From: Lytechinus pictus
Taxonomy: Eukaryota
Direction: 5' to 3'
Length of the DNA stretch: 64,000 bases
Assembly (NCBI RefSeq): GCF_037042905.1
Contig: NC_087249.1
Coordinates: forward strand, 10,480,001-10,544,000
The notes beneath the pieces are model-generated. The model made no database searches. It saw nothing but the letters and a program-made list of their open reading frames with translations, and was not told the origin of the DNA. Shown piece by piece: positions 12,758 through 25,695 of the stretch. The position numbers and the translations under genes are program-made. The stretch's first letter is position 1, and every line of letters begins with the position of its first letter.

Positions 12758-13887
12758 TAAACTCCTCAAAAAAAGTTTGAAAATCTGACTTTGATTGTTA
12801 ATCCCTCCTCTGTTTTAGTAAACATCAATGTGTAATTAATATCAATGAATAGATCATTTAATTTTCTTTAAAATGATACCCTACATGATATGATTATGGT
12901 TCACATGGAGTGCAGTGCCTTGAAATGTGGGGCAAGGTCATAATTCAAAAGTTGCAAAGTGACACAATATTGAAAGTCACTGTTCTTTTTTCCGTGGTGA
13001 TGAGTGAGTTTCTCAGCTGTTTCTTTTAGCTTTGATCTATAATCCCTCCTCGGTTTTAGTAAATATCAATGTGTAATTAATATCAATGAACAGATCATTT
13101 CATTTTTCTTTAAAATGATACCCTACATAATATGATTATGGTTCACATGGAGGTGCAGTACCTTGAAATATGGGACAAGGTCAAAATTCAAAAGTTGCAA
13201 AATGACACAATATTGAAAGTCACTGCTCTTTTTTCCGTAGTGATGAGTGAGTTTCTCAGCGGTTTCTTTTAATTGTTTTCATGCACCTTAACATCATCAT
13301 TAACATGGAATGAAACACACCTCTGCACAAGCAAACATATAACAAACAAACAAACCATCACTACATAAACCACAACAAAACATAAAAAATGAAGAAGCAG
13401 GGGCTTGATTTGAATGGATTTTCATCTCTATTGAAACAGACAAAAGAATCATGTTCTGTATTGACCCTTCATGACTATTTCTGCTCGTTTTGCAGCTTTT
13501 CAATTCAGACCTCATCCAACACGTTTGAATCCTGCTCTTTTCGTGATGGCATGATCATAACAAGCATGGTATCATATTTTAAAGAGAATTAAATTATCTT
13601 TTGAATGATATCAAATATGCATTATGTAAAATTTTGAGTCGGGAGAAATTAATTGCCAAACTCAGATTTCCACATTTTTTTTGCTCGTTTTGCAGCTTTT
13701 CAATTCAGACTTCATCCAACACTTTTGAATCCTGCTCTTTTCGTGATGTCATGATCATAACAAGCATGGTATCATTGTAAAGAGAATTAAATGATCTTTT
13801 TAATGTCAAATATGCATTGTGTAAAATTGGAAGTTGGGAGAAATTAATGGTCAAACTCAGATTTCCAAACTTTTTTTGAGGGGTTTA
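12758..13887. mobile_element. Non-autonomous TIR transposon (TA target, Tc1/mariner-like) with duplicated subterminal arms
   Basis: ~38-bp TIR aaactcctcaaaaaaagtttgaaaatctgactttga / tcaaactcagatttccaaactttttttgaggggttt in an (AT)n context. Internal tandem duplications of ~240 bp (12800-13270) and ~200 bp (13480-13870). Confidence 0.8.
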
Positions 13888-13899
13888 TATATGTATATA

Positions 13900-14718
13900 C
13901 AGTGCGTCCCAGAAAAAACGAAACCGAGATTTAGCGATGATTTATCATAACTTAATCATAAATAAAATAGACAAATGACCTACCAATGTAAAGCTTAGAA
14001 TCTCCTATTTCATCTGATATTACTTAGATAATTCCTTATTCACGCATAAGTGAGCAAAAACAATTTGAAGAAAGGATACCAAAAACTCATTTGGCGGGGG
14101 GTATCTGAATTTCAAAGAGAAAATCACATGACTGAAAAGTTCAATATCTGCTCTTTTATTTGATACCTTAATCACAGAAAATGGTCAAAAAGTAAAAAGG
14201 TTATGATCCCTCGAAACAATGCTTGTATTTCCATAATTTCATTAAATAAACGTGTTTTCACTGGTTTCCCACAGAAGCTATCGCACGGTAACAAAAGACT
14301 TAATGCATGGCTGATCGTCAACAAAACGGAATGTCGAGAGAGTTTGAACGCTAGCCTGTAAAACCTCTTCATTTTATGAAATTATTGAAATTCAAGCCTT
14401 ATTTCAAATAACCAGAACTTTCTTATTTCTTGACCATTTTCTGTAATTGAGGTATCAAATTAAAGAGCAGATATTGAACATTTTAGTCATGTGGTTTTCT
14501 TTTTAAAACCCAGATACGGCCCGCCAAATGAGTTTTTGGTATCCTTTCTTCAAATTGTTTTTGCTCACTCATGCGTGAATGAGGAATTATCTTAGTAATA
14601 CCAGATGAAAGAGGAGATTCTAAGCTTTAAAATGGTAGGTCATTTGTCTATTGTATTTGTGATTAAGTTATGATAAATCATCGCTAAATCTCGGTTTCGT
14701 TTTTTGTGGGACGCACTG
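13900..14718. mobile_element. Tc1/mariner-type foldback MITE, copy 1
   Basis: TIR CAGTGCGTCCC / GGGACGCACTG, TA flanks on both sides, ~300-bp inverted arms. Second copy at 50766. Confidence 0.9.
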
Positions 14719-14736
14719 TATATTAGGAGATTTGTA

Positions 14737-14775
14737 TCCCTGACGAAGACGTGAGGTTTGCGTCGAAAATTTGGA
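14737..14775 (+). ncRNA. Candidate minimal (Penelope-type) hammerhead ribozyme remnant
   Basis: tcc-CTGACGA-a-gacg[loop]cgtc-GAAA-attt-gga: core boxes, helix II, palindromic helix-III remnant, but only a 3-bp helix I. Confidence 0.45.
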
Positions 14776-15085
14776 GAAAATATGATTAAATATGGGTGTT
14801 CAGATAGTTCATATTTTGGAAATTTCACAATGGGGAAATGGGGAAAAAGTAAATATAAAAATAAAAAATGAAAACTGAAAGAAAGCATGGAAAAGGAGAA
14901 ATCCCAAATTAGCAAGCGGACTATTAATATGATATTAATGAATAGTTATCATAATTATCATCCATTTACTATGATTTTACAGTTATTTGGAAAATTACGA
15001 AATTAATTGTGAAATTGAAAGTATTGTGCGAACAAGTTTCAATCGTTTTAGTCGAAGTAATTAACTTAGACTGCAAATTTCATTT

Positions 15086-15957
15086 TGTCTCACCTGCAAA
15101 GCAGAGTGAGACTTATAGGCGCCGCTTTTCCGACGGCGGCGGCGTCAACATTAAATCTTAACCGAAGGTTAAGTTTTTGAAATGACAGCATTACTTAGAA
15201 AGTATATGGACCTTGTTCATGAAACTTGGACATAAGGTTTATCAAGTATTACCAAACATCTTGCCCGAGTTTCAGGTCACCTGACCAAGGTCAAATGTCA
15301 TTTAGGGTCAATGAACTTAGACCATGTTGGGGGAATCAGCATCAAAATCTTAACCTGAAGGTTAAGTTTTTAAAATTTCATCATAACTTCGAAAGTATAT
15401 GGACCTAGTTCATGAAACTAGGCCATAAGGGTAATCAATCAAGTATTACTGAATATCCTGCCTGAGTTTCAAGTCACATGACCAAGGTCAAAGGTCATTT
15501 AGGGTCAATGAACTTTGACCAAGTTGGGGGTATTCGTTGAATTACCATCATTACTCTGAAAGTGTATGGATCTAGTTAATAAAACTTGGACATAGGAGTA
15601 AACAAGTATCACTGAATATCTCGTGCGAGTTTCAGGTCACATGGCCAAAGTCAAAGGTCATTAAAGGTCAATGAACTTTGGTCATGTTGGATGTAATCAT
15701 TAAATTGCTGTCATAACTTTCAAAGTTTATGGATCTAGTTTATGAAATGTGGACATAGGGGTAATCAAGTATCACTAACAAGTCTTAGGTGACATGATCA
15801 AGGTCAAATATCATTAAGGGTCAATGAACGTAGTATTGTATAACATATGAATGGTGTTTTTTTGTGAATAATTATTTTATAGTAGTTTTCAAAGTCAGCT
15901 CTGCTGCTATATTGAATCGCGTAATGCAGGTGAGACTGCCAGAGGCGCTCCACTTGT
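15086..15957 (+). mobile_element. Helentron-associated (HINE/DINE-1-like) non-autonomous element with 4 internal ~160-190-bp tandem repeats
   Basis: Subterminal IR GTCTCACCTGCA (15087) / TGCAGGTGAGAC (15925-15936), 5' hairpin, (GGC)n microsatellite, repeat units starting ~15218, 15411, 15580 and 15741, 3' short hairpin and T-rich ends. Confidence 0.8.
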
Positions 15958-17269
15958 TATTATTTTCTTTAAATTTTGTGTAAGACATTTTAGATATCCT
16001 GGACGTTAAGGGTTCAAAAAAAAATAATTTGAAAAAATATATTTGGGTGAATCTGATAGAGAAGAATCTATGTCGCAGAAATTAATGATAATGATGATGA
16101 TGGTGATGATAAAAAATGATAATAATATATGATACTCAAAATAAAGATAGATAATAATGATAATAATAGTAACACCAACAATGATAATAATAAGCAATTA
16201 TATATCTGACAAGAAAAAAATCTATTCCGAAGTGCACTTTCATTATATAGGCTTTATAAACTCGAACACCCTTTCTAGCGCTGTGCAAGGAATTAACCCT
16301 GTTTGGTACCTATTCACCTTCGGAATTATTTTCTATTAATTTATATGCAATGCATTTTAAAAATATAATTTACCACAGACTTCTTTTCTATGATTTGACA
16401 AAAAAGAATCTTAGGTATATTCGTGCTTATTTGAATAACGTGAACCCTTACCCGATGGCTTTTATAGTCAAAAGTAAATTCACGTTTTGCTTTGCATTTC
16501 TCCAGACAGGAAAAAAATTCAAAAGGGGAACCGAATAACTAGTTAAGCACAAAACAGGGTCAATAAAACATTACATGGAAATGGCATTGAGAAGCAAATA
16601 AAAAGTATTTTTTTATAAGAAAGCTGTGAATATGAAGCAGGGTTAAGGAAAGAAGAAGATATATGAAATATCTAGGGGTGACTTGAAATGTCCTCACTGA
16701 TTTTTTTTTCTTTAAAGAAGATAAGTAATTATACATTCCCGATCCTTAGATTCATGAATATGAATGAATTGGTTTTTTCTATGAATATATCATTGAAAGA
16801 CTCTTTGAATTTTGATTTACCGTGATAACACCCTAGGAAGCTGAAAAAATAACCATTAACAATCCGTCGAAAGGGATTATGTTATAAGCCTAAAAATTAG
16901 AGCAGGCTTACAAATCAATTTTCATATTTAATCCCAAATTATACTGGCAAGAGCCGTCAGGCAAAAGTCCATCCTTACAACGTATGTTTTTATTTTATTT
17001 GCCTAATCCTCTATCAGGAAAGTAAGGAATTAAAAAAAGAATCACATACGTGGATCCTTCTGACTCCTGACATATGACCAAAAACGACACATTATAATTT
17101 CTAATTTAGGGATATCATTAATCATGTTTTTCTTTAGCACGAGATCTTAGAAAATTATTTATATAAATTATTGTTTATCCAGCTATGAATATCTAAGCTA
17201 CAAGAACCCATAAGAATCTGATCGTCAGTGTATCTGGATAGGTCATGGTATATTTTAATATAAAAAACA

Positions 17270-17840
17270 GTGAAATACTAAGGTATTTTTTTATTAGGGA
17301 GCCTTGCGTTTCTGGCTCCAGAGTACTTGATAATGATTATATTTTGCCCGAAGCGCGCAGCGCTGAGGTAAAATATTCTCCCGAGGGAAAAATATAGCTT
17401 CGGAGGGGAGTTGAAATGTTATTTATCAAAAAGATAGACCAGGCAATATCTGTTATATTAAATAGTCTATGTGGATTCGCCTTCACATATTGCATTCATC
17501 ATCTGGCTCTCTGATTAACCCGAAATTCGTGCTGCAGCTCTGATCCATTTATCTTGGAAAATCTTGGAAAATCTTGGAAAATACATCAAGCGCATTCTTC
17601 ATGCAATCGACGCGTTAATACTAGCACGTACATCAAATAAACTACCTGATTACGCAACTGATTAACCGCGAGTGACGTCACCTTAGTGAATATAACGTCG
17701 CAATTGACAATACAACGCAGTTATATTCACTGGGGTGACGTCAAAACCTAGAATATAACAAATGCGACCCTCGCAGCTATGGTCACGTGATGGTGTATTG
17801 ACCTATCACTGATTCGAATCTACATAACCTATGTAATATA
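17270..17840. repeat. Hairpin-containing dispersed repeat, related to 46936-47450
   Basis: Shares the cccgaggg/aaatatag hairpin core, paired TGACGTCA motifs and a 3' 'ggtcac.tgatg...ttga.c.aatcact...ctatgta' end with the 47 kb copy. Confidence 0.55.
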
Positions 17841-20133
17841 TCAACCTATTTCACTTCAGTCTGGTTTCCTGTTTTGTTAAATATTTTATCTCCGAGTTCT
17901 CCGACCAGTTTTTATTGCATCATATATTAAGTTATTCTTCTTACTTCTGTAAATTTAATTTCTAAACTTGGCCGAAATATTCACCATGTTGTATGTACTT
18001 ATTGTTAAATGCTTTCTTGCTACATGTTTCTCATATATTATCCTGCCTATCATTTTTTGTTTTGTTTCGCTACACTGCATTCTGGTTTAGATCGGAATTT
18101 GCATACTTCTTTGTTAAGTCTACATTCGATTGATAAAAACAATGTTAAGGAAAAAGGCTTATATGAGAAATTTTATCAAATTTTTGCGCAAAGGGATTCA
18201 TGGGGAGTTTTTGTGTGAGTTAAAGTAACCCCATAACTAGTACATGTAACAGATTAGAGATTAATCGATAAATGAAATGACCTACCAAGATCATCGTTGC
18301 ATGCGCACTTTGCTCGGTAGACTGACTAGGAACTAATCAGAATTGTTCTTTCAAACTAGCGATTAATTGCCAGAACCGTTTTGTTACGGCGCCCAGGTTT
18401 ACTGACATTGGTGTTTATATGTTAAGGTATCAATCCCCCCTCCTCCCTCCCCCAGCCATTCTAGGGTAAAAAGCATCTGGCGGACACTTTTGACCATAAA
18501 AAATAGTCCGACATTGTCCATTTACGTACATTAAGACTTCGTTGAAACTTATGTGAGGGTGTGTGTGTGTGTGAGGGTGTGTTTGTGTGTGTTTTTGCTT
18601 TCATGTTCTGCTTTTAATGGATTCAATTTATTTTATTTTGGAGAATCTAAGTTACTCTCTACTTTTATTTATTTATTTTGTTTTCATGGTAACATAAAAT
18701 TCTGAAAAGCATTTAATCTGAACATGTTATCCTGTATTAAGATATTTTATAAATGAAAGAGATAAAAAGTGTGTTTCATAAATATGTTTCATAAAGCTCT
18801 ATTTCCTACTGAACTAGCTCAAGACGGTCGAAATGTGTATGCTATCTCTACATCCATGAACATGACATATTGTTACCCTTTTCAGCTATGTTGGCCCCCC
18901 ATACACACACTCACACTCACCTACCGGACTATAACTTAAGCGCGTGGTAACCTACAAGGGAGTAGCAACTACTGAGGGTTTATGAATATGTCGCCATGAA
19001 GCAAGTGGCCTAAGATCCTTACACAGGGGCGTAGACAACGGGGGGGGGGGATGAGGGGGATGGCATGTACAATCATCCCCCCCAGGTTTTTGGGAATGAT
19101 ATTTGGTTACTTAATAAGTCATAATGATGATAATAATAGTAATAATAATAATGATAACAATTATAATATTAATAATAATGATAATTATGATGATGATAAT
19201 AATAATCCTCATCATTATTGTAATTGTGTTTATTGTTATTAGCCGCATTCACACGGTGAAAGCCAATTCAGACGGTAAAAAAAAGAAAATCTTACAAGTA
19301 TTTACTGGGCAGGAACGAAAAGAGGCGCAAGATATTTGGTTTCTAAGACACAAATTTGCAAGACTACAAAAGTAAAACTGACTAAGAGACCGATATGTTT
19401 GTTTGTTGAGCCATGAATGCTCCTTAAGTAAGTTTACCAACTTACCGCATGTCTCTATTATCTGATTAGCAACTGTTAATCAAGCTGTTTTTGGTATGGG
19501 AATGAAGCAACAACTTTTTTCTTTTCATCGAGACTACTTTTCAGGCACGAACCGAGTACTAGCAATACCTTCTCATATATGATATGTATTATATTTATTT
19601 ATTTATTTATTAGTTTATATCAGATTATATTACAGGTATATGATATTTATACATATATATATACATTATATGCATTTATTTATTTATTTATTTATATATT
19701 TATATACACGTTATTTTCTCAAGTCGGTTTTTATTGAAATACATGTGTGGTCTGGCCCACTCGTGTTATAGGCATTATACATTGTGTGTAAAATGCATCA
19801 GCGCAATCTAAAACAGAATAGAAAATGAATGTGATACAACAGTATACATAATAATTCGTGACAGAGAGTACCATACTACTATCTTTATAACAAGTATTAT
19901 TCAAACAAACATATATAATTATGTATAATCATGAATTGTTCAACTTCATGCTCCCACTATATGACTATTGTTACACTAATACTGATATCAGGACTGACTG
20001 GTATACATTAGTTTGTTGTTAAGCTTGCAGCAGCTACATCTTTTCTGTATTGTTAACTATTTATTTATTTTTGTTTTATTTAAGATGCACTTTGTTTTGT
20101 ATTCATTTAAAGTATGTTGATTGATGCATGAAG

Positions 20134-21843
20134 CACTGGCGTAAATCCGTGTTGATGGGTGGGGGGGATGACTGAAATATTTTGGCTTTTTTTGCAATCA
20201 TGTTTTTAGATATGCAAGAAATTTTCATTGATATGTCCACAGTGGCGTACCGTGGGTCACGGCATTGGGGAGGGGGGCACCAGCGAAATGTTTGAATCAC
20301 TGAGTGATCGAGCCAGTTGCCAGTTATACTGACCAAATAGGGACATTTTCTGGACAATGTTATTAAACGGATATGCATCTCACTGATCAAATAATGCGAG
20401 CGCGAAGCGCGAGCTGAATTTTTTTTATATTCACACCTAAAAAGATACATTATAATCAAAATTTGTGTAGTCATGATACGTACCTGTCTCGCTAAACAAT
20501 ACGAGCGCGAAGCGCGAGCTGAAGTTTTCGTATATTTTTACCCCAAACAGCGAGATTTTGAGGAATATATTTTAGGAATCCATTAAGAGTATGCATATCT
20601 CACCATAGTCATCTAATGCGAGTGCCAAGCGCTTGCTGGTTTATAAGAATTACATCTGAACACATGAAACACTTTTTGTAGTCATTGCAATCATGATTAT
20701 CATACGCATCTCACTAATCAAATATTGCGAGTGCGAAGCGCGAGCTGAAAATTTAGATAATTCAGACCTGAAGTGGGGCATTCTAAGGTTTCTTTGTAGG
20801 AATTAACTAGAACCATACGTATTTCAATATCCAAATGATGCGAGCGCGAAGCGCGAGCTGAAAATTGTTGATATTCAGATCAGAAGAAGGGACATTTTAA
20901 GGACTGATTTTAGGAATTCATGAAGAGCAGACATATCTCACCAATCCACTAATGCGAACGTAATCACGGACAGAAAATGTTTCATATATACGAAGACCTT
21001 AAAATGGGGCAATCACTTTTTGAGTCATGAAAAAGAAGCATATGTCACTACATAAAACAATGATAACTCAAGTGCTAGGAAATATATTTGGTTTATATTG
21101 ACTTGAAAACGGGATGTTTCAGTACAACAGCATTATATATCTCGTTAACAGACAATGCAAGCACCAACAATGAATACGTAGGCCCTGGGCAAATTATGTT
21201 TCATGAAGTTATGATAAAAATGTTTCTTATGTAATGTAACATAACATAATTATAATATAACATTATAATGAATAATATTTTCTTCTTTCCACTATACGCT
21301 TCTCTTCCTTTCTCCCTCTTTTCTCCTTTTCCCCGTTTTTTTTTTGTTTGGTCAGCCGCTTGGGGGGGGGGGGCACGTGCCCCCCATGCCCCCCCCCGTA
21401 GTTACGCCACTGTATGTCCATATGGCAAATACCCCTCCAATATTATTATCTTTTTTACCCCATGATGGTTTAATGGTTTTATTAGAGATTACATTAAAAA
21501 AGAATTGACATTCCATCTTAATCCCTTCCCAAAGACCCCAACATTGATGAATTGGAAGAAACGGGAGTTTCTCTTCAATGTTATAATAAGGACATAAGTA
21601 TTTCGTTTGGAAATGGTGAACTGGCTCTTTATTTGCATTTTATGATTCAATAATATTGTTTTATTTGTTAAGCGGTATTTCAGGAAGAATCTTCACCAAT
21701 AAAACAATTATCTCTTGTGATTTTTTTTGTCATTTCTTTCGTAAAAAGTGGGGGGGGGGGGGATGTTTGTACAGGCCATCCCCCCCTCCTCGAAAAGTGG
21801 GGGGGATATATCCCCCCCATCCCCCCCGGGATTTACGCCAGTG
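20134..21843. mobile_element. hAT-type composite MITE, copy 1
   Basis: TIR CACTGGCGTAAATCC / GGATTTACGCCAGTG with 8-bp TSD GCATGAAG. Confidence 0.92.
20240..21412. mobile_element. Inner hAT-type MITE nested in 20134-21843
   Basis: TIR CAGTGGCGTA / TACGCCACTG with 8-bp TSD TATGTCCA. Internal ~110-bp periodic GCGAGCGCGAAGCGCGAGC motif. Confidence 0.92.
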
Positions 21844-21985
21844 GCATGAAGACATAAGTTTGAAATGTTTAAAGAAGTTTGTTTCATGTAAAGCGCAGTG
21901 TGAATTTACCCTGTCTTGAAATGCGAGATAAAAGGAACCTATTAGTATTAGCATTATTATTTGTATTAGTATTATTATTTTTTTT

Positions 21986-21986
21986 A

Positions 21987-22069
<83 letters not shown>

Positions 22070-22071
22070 TA
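21986..22071. repeat. (ATT)n microsatellite
   Basis: About 27 near-perfect ATT units. Confidence 0.95.
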
Positions 22072-23206
22072 TAAGACTGAGATCAAATAGAAGTAAATAA
22101 TGCTCTAATTTGAAACGATGCAATGCCGTTATGGTTCCGATTTCTTCACAAACTTACAGAGCAGTATTGTTACTCCATGGATCATAGTGATACTGTTTAT
22201 GTTTTTTGTATCTGTATGTTAATGAGCCGCCAGCCAATATCCATCTATGGATACTATGCCTGTTTCTTTGAGGTAAAAAAAAGCATAGTATGTACGTATT
22301 CATTATGCTTTATAATGAACAGACATATTGTTATTTGTTTGTTGTTTATGTGTTCTATTCACAAATGGCCACAGAGGCTGTTTTCATTCATAACCACATA
22401 CCCATATCAAGACAACAAAGACTATACCTGCGTGTACACAGTTGACATTGGTTTTTTTTCTGAAGAGGTGTAACAGCAAAATTCACAGAGATAAATAAAT
22501 ACGTAGTGTGGTTCAATATGCAATACTATGTGTCAGTCCATTCTGTATTCGTATGCCACGGTGTGTAGATCTTGTCGATGTATGTCTGTCCATTCAAGGC
22601 GTAGTATGTGTGTGGTGCGCGCACCCGTGTGTGTGTGTGTGTGTGTGTGTGGGGGGGGTGAGTATGTGTGTGTGTGCGTGCGCGCTTGTGTGTGTTATTT
22701 TACCTCATTAAGTATGCATCAGATTGCACGATTTCAAGTTCAAAATTGCAAAAGCTCCCTACCGTGACACCCCCCTCCCACACCCTCCCCCCCCTCGGTA
22801 GCTTCGCTCCCTCGCTCGGGCGCTTCGCGCCCTCACTAGCGTTGGCAGCCCAGTCATCCCCCCCTGGTGTACGAACCTGTCTACGCCACTGTCCTTACAT
22901 ATGACGAGCTGGCAGTGACCAAGGACATTCGGCCATCTGCAGAGATCACAACTATTCATCAACCAAACACGATCTGGCACTTTCCAAATACTTTGAAAGG
23001 TTTCCCATTAGATCTGGCCCTTAAAACGACCACATCAGTAATCGATATGTGCATAGAAGAGATGTTTCTTTCTTCTGTATCCCCTCTGATTTTAAAACGC
23101 GAGAGCCCTTCTTTTTGTCATCCTTATTTTAGTTGTCGCTTTAGTAGATAAAACACTGACATGTTGTTACAGATTCTGTTTTCCAGTGTTTGGTAAAAAT
23201 ATCAGT

Positions 23207-23540
23207 TAAAGGGGGAAGTCCAGTCTGAAAGAATATTTACGATTTGAACAGAAATGAAAAATCAGACAGACAAAACAATGAAAATTTGAACGGAATTGGA
23301 CAAGGAATTACAAAAAATTCTTATATTTTGCAGATTTGCTTTATTTAAACTGTTCTATGCACGTCTTCATGAATATTCAATGAGCAAATTGATGACGTGA
23401 CATCCCCACTTGTTCTTTTATATTTTATTATCTGAATTTATGTTTATTCAAGTTTTGTCCTCCAAGAATAGATAAATAATGGATTGACAACTAATTCAAT
23501 GCATTAGATTCATTTTTATCATTAGGGAGACATATATTCA
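23207..23540. mobile_element. Partial copy of a TTAAAG-ended (Kolobok-like) MITE related to 59391-59953
   Basis: ttaaagggggaagtcca start, with similarity to the left arm and central gatgacgt motif of the 59.4 kb element. Confidence 0.5.
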
Positions 23541-23604
23541 TGATATTATTATATTATATAGAAGAGACATAGAAGACGATAGACAGACAAGAGTAATGAG
23601 CACA

Positions 23605-23836
23605 CACTGCAGAAACGTCGGTGTTAATTTAATATCAGCCTGGTATCTATATCGAAAAATACCAGAGAGGTGTTGAAACAACACCGATTTGGCGTTAGGC
23701 TAACACCAATTTGGCATTTAAGCAACAAGCAGTGTTAAACCCATATCGGTTTCATTCTAAACTGGTGTTGTTTCAACACCTCTCTGGTGCTTAGATACCA
23801 AGCTGGAATTAAATCAACATAGGTGTTTTTGCAGTG
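23605..23836. mobile_element. CAC...GTG-ended (CACTA/EnSpm-like) palindromic MITE
   Basis: cactgcagaaac / gtttttgcagtg ends with mirrored accagagaggtgttgaaacaacacc arms. Confidence 0.7.
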
Positions 23837-25045
23837 TAAAAAAATTCTTGCTAAAAAAAAATCGATGACTTAGGGGGCAGTGACCTCAATTTAGAAAAAA
23901 TTGCAACCTAAACGAAAAGGACGGGGGGGGGGGCTATTAAAAAATAATTAATTGATTATGAATGAAATATATCTTTTCACAAATTCCGAATATCAACGTA
24001 AATTTCGCCTCAAAAGAAGAAAATGGGGGGGGGTTGTAATTGGGGATTGTATTTTGAGCGAAAAGGTTCTATAAGCTTTGGCATGAATAGGTAATCACAG
24101 TGTACAGTTTGCTACGAAGAAGTTTATTTTTAGAGACCACGTTCATGAGAGAGAGAGAGGGAGAGAAAAAAAAAGAGTGCGACATTAGATTTCCTATTTT
24201 GCATATAAAGCTTTTCTCCTATTATCAATTTTAACGGATCTTATAATCTTGGGGAAAATACCGTATTTCATCTTTTTTTGTCTCTAATTTTTCATAACCT
24301 TTTAGTATTGATCATTTCGTAATAAAAAAATCTGCATGAAAATTTTGCATTTGTCAAAGTGCCCCATGCACCCTCATACACTATCATTCACTGGTACCAA
24401 GACACTCTAGGCATACATCCCATCTCCTTGATTAAAAACCTGTCCTTTCTACTCCAAAACATCTCCCTTTTCCTGTCGCCGTTTTTGTCTTTTTCTCTTT
24501 TTTTCCTCCTTATCCGCAGCACTCTAAAAGAATGAAAGAAGGAGATATGTATTAACTTTTTCAGTACTTACTGCGCTATGCGAGGCAGTTACTGCATTTG
24601 CATGCGGAGAAAGAAAAAAAAGGAGGAAGAAGAAATACGTACTGTAGAAACAAGCAAAAGTAATGCACACTCAATAAAAAAAAAGAAAATCACGAATTTT
24701 TAAACCCGCAGATCCGCATCTGAAGAAATAAAGAAGTAATAAAAATATGAGCTGTGGTTGGGATTTTTTTTTTTTTAATGCTGAAAACTTTATTTTGAAC
24801 ATGAGTCTTCCAATTTCTTGTTTTGTAATTGTGATATGGGAATGAATATTTAAGGAAATAATTCTGAATCACAACGGGAAAATTCTTTAAAAACAAGGTA
24901 GCTACTATTTACGATCTCACCTTAGAAAAAAAAATCGCCTTAATGGACCTCAGAAAATAAATTTATATGGTTTCTGTGGCGATTTGCCGATTTGGAAGAC
25001 AGCAATATATTAGGGCATTTGGCAATACGTATTTACGTATTTCTA

Positions 25046-25659
25046 CTGTGTGACTAAAAAAAAAACTCCACACCTCAAAAATAAAAAATTTAAGGAAAAA
25101 ATATTTTATGAATACATAAATATCATATATGGCACGAAAGAGTATCTTCTCCCAAGTAATTTGATACCATATTTATGTGGTGAGTCTTCATGCTTAGCAG
25201 GTACTCTTTGCAGTGATGTACATGTAAATTTTGACTTGCGCCAAAGTAAGGCATGACTCCAATGAATGAATCCCAATGTAATGATGTCATAATACAAGGG
25301 CTGCATTGAAATCATTTAACCTTTTCAATAACTAACATTTAGATTGTTTAATAAACACTTCAATTTCATTGAAAAAGGGTTTGCAAATATGTTTACTAAC
25401 GCATGGATTATGACATAATTGGCACCTGGATTCATTCATTGCAGTCATGCCTTACTTTGGCGTAAATAAAAAAGTTACATCATTGCAAAGAACACCTACT
25501 GATTATCCAAGCGTTAACACATTCCACATAAACATGGTATCAAATTATTTGGGAGAAGATTGTCTTTCAGGCCACATATGATAATTGTGTGTTCATGAAA
25601 ATTATTTTTTCTTTAAATTGTGGATTTGTGAGGTGTCAAGTTTTTTTTTACTCACACGG
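25046..25659. mobile_element. Tc1/mariner-type foldback MITE
   Basis: TA-flanked ctgtgtgactaaaaaaaaaact / agttttttttactcacacgg ends. Arms are palindromic over most of the length. Confidence 0.8.
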
Positions 25660-25695
25660 TATATTGCAGAGAATTTCAAAGCCCTTCAATGACAA

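Larger units (their letters stand above)
19024..22891. mobile_element. Outer hAT-type non-autonomous element hosting the nested composite
   Basis: TIR CAGGGGCGTAGAC / GTCTACGCCACTG with a perfect 8-bp TSD TCCTTACA (19016-19023, 22892-22899). Confidence 0.85.

Noticed and set aside
21879..22123. Poly-Ile ORFs (also 16006-16197, 19124-19375, 38127-38405)
   Set aside because: (ATT/AAT)n microsatellite translations.
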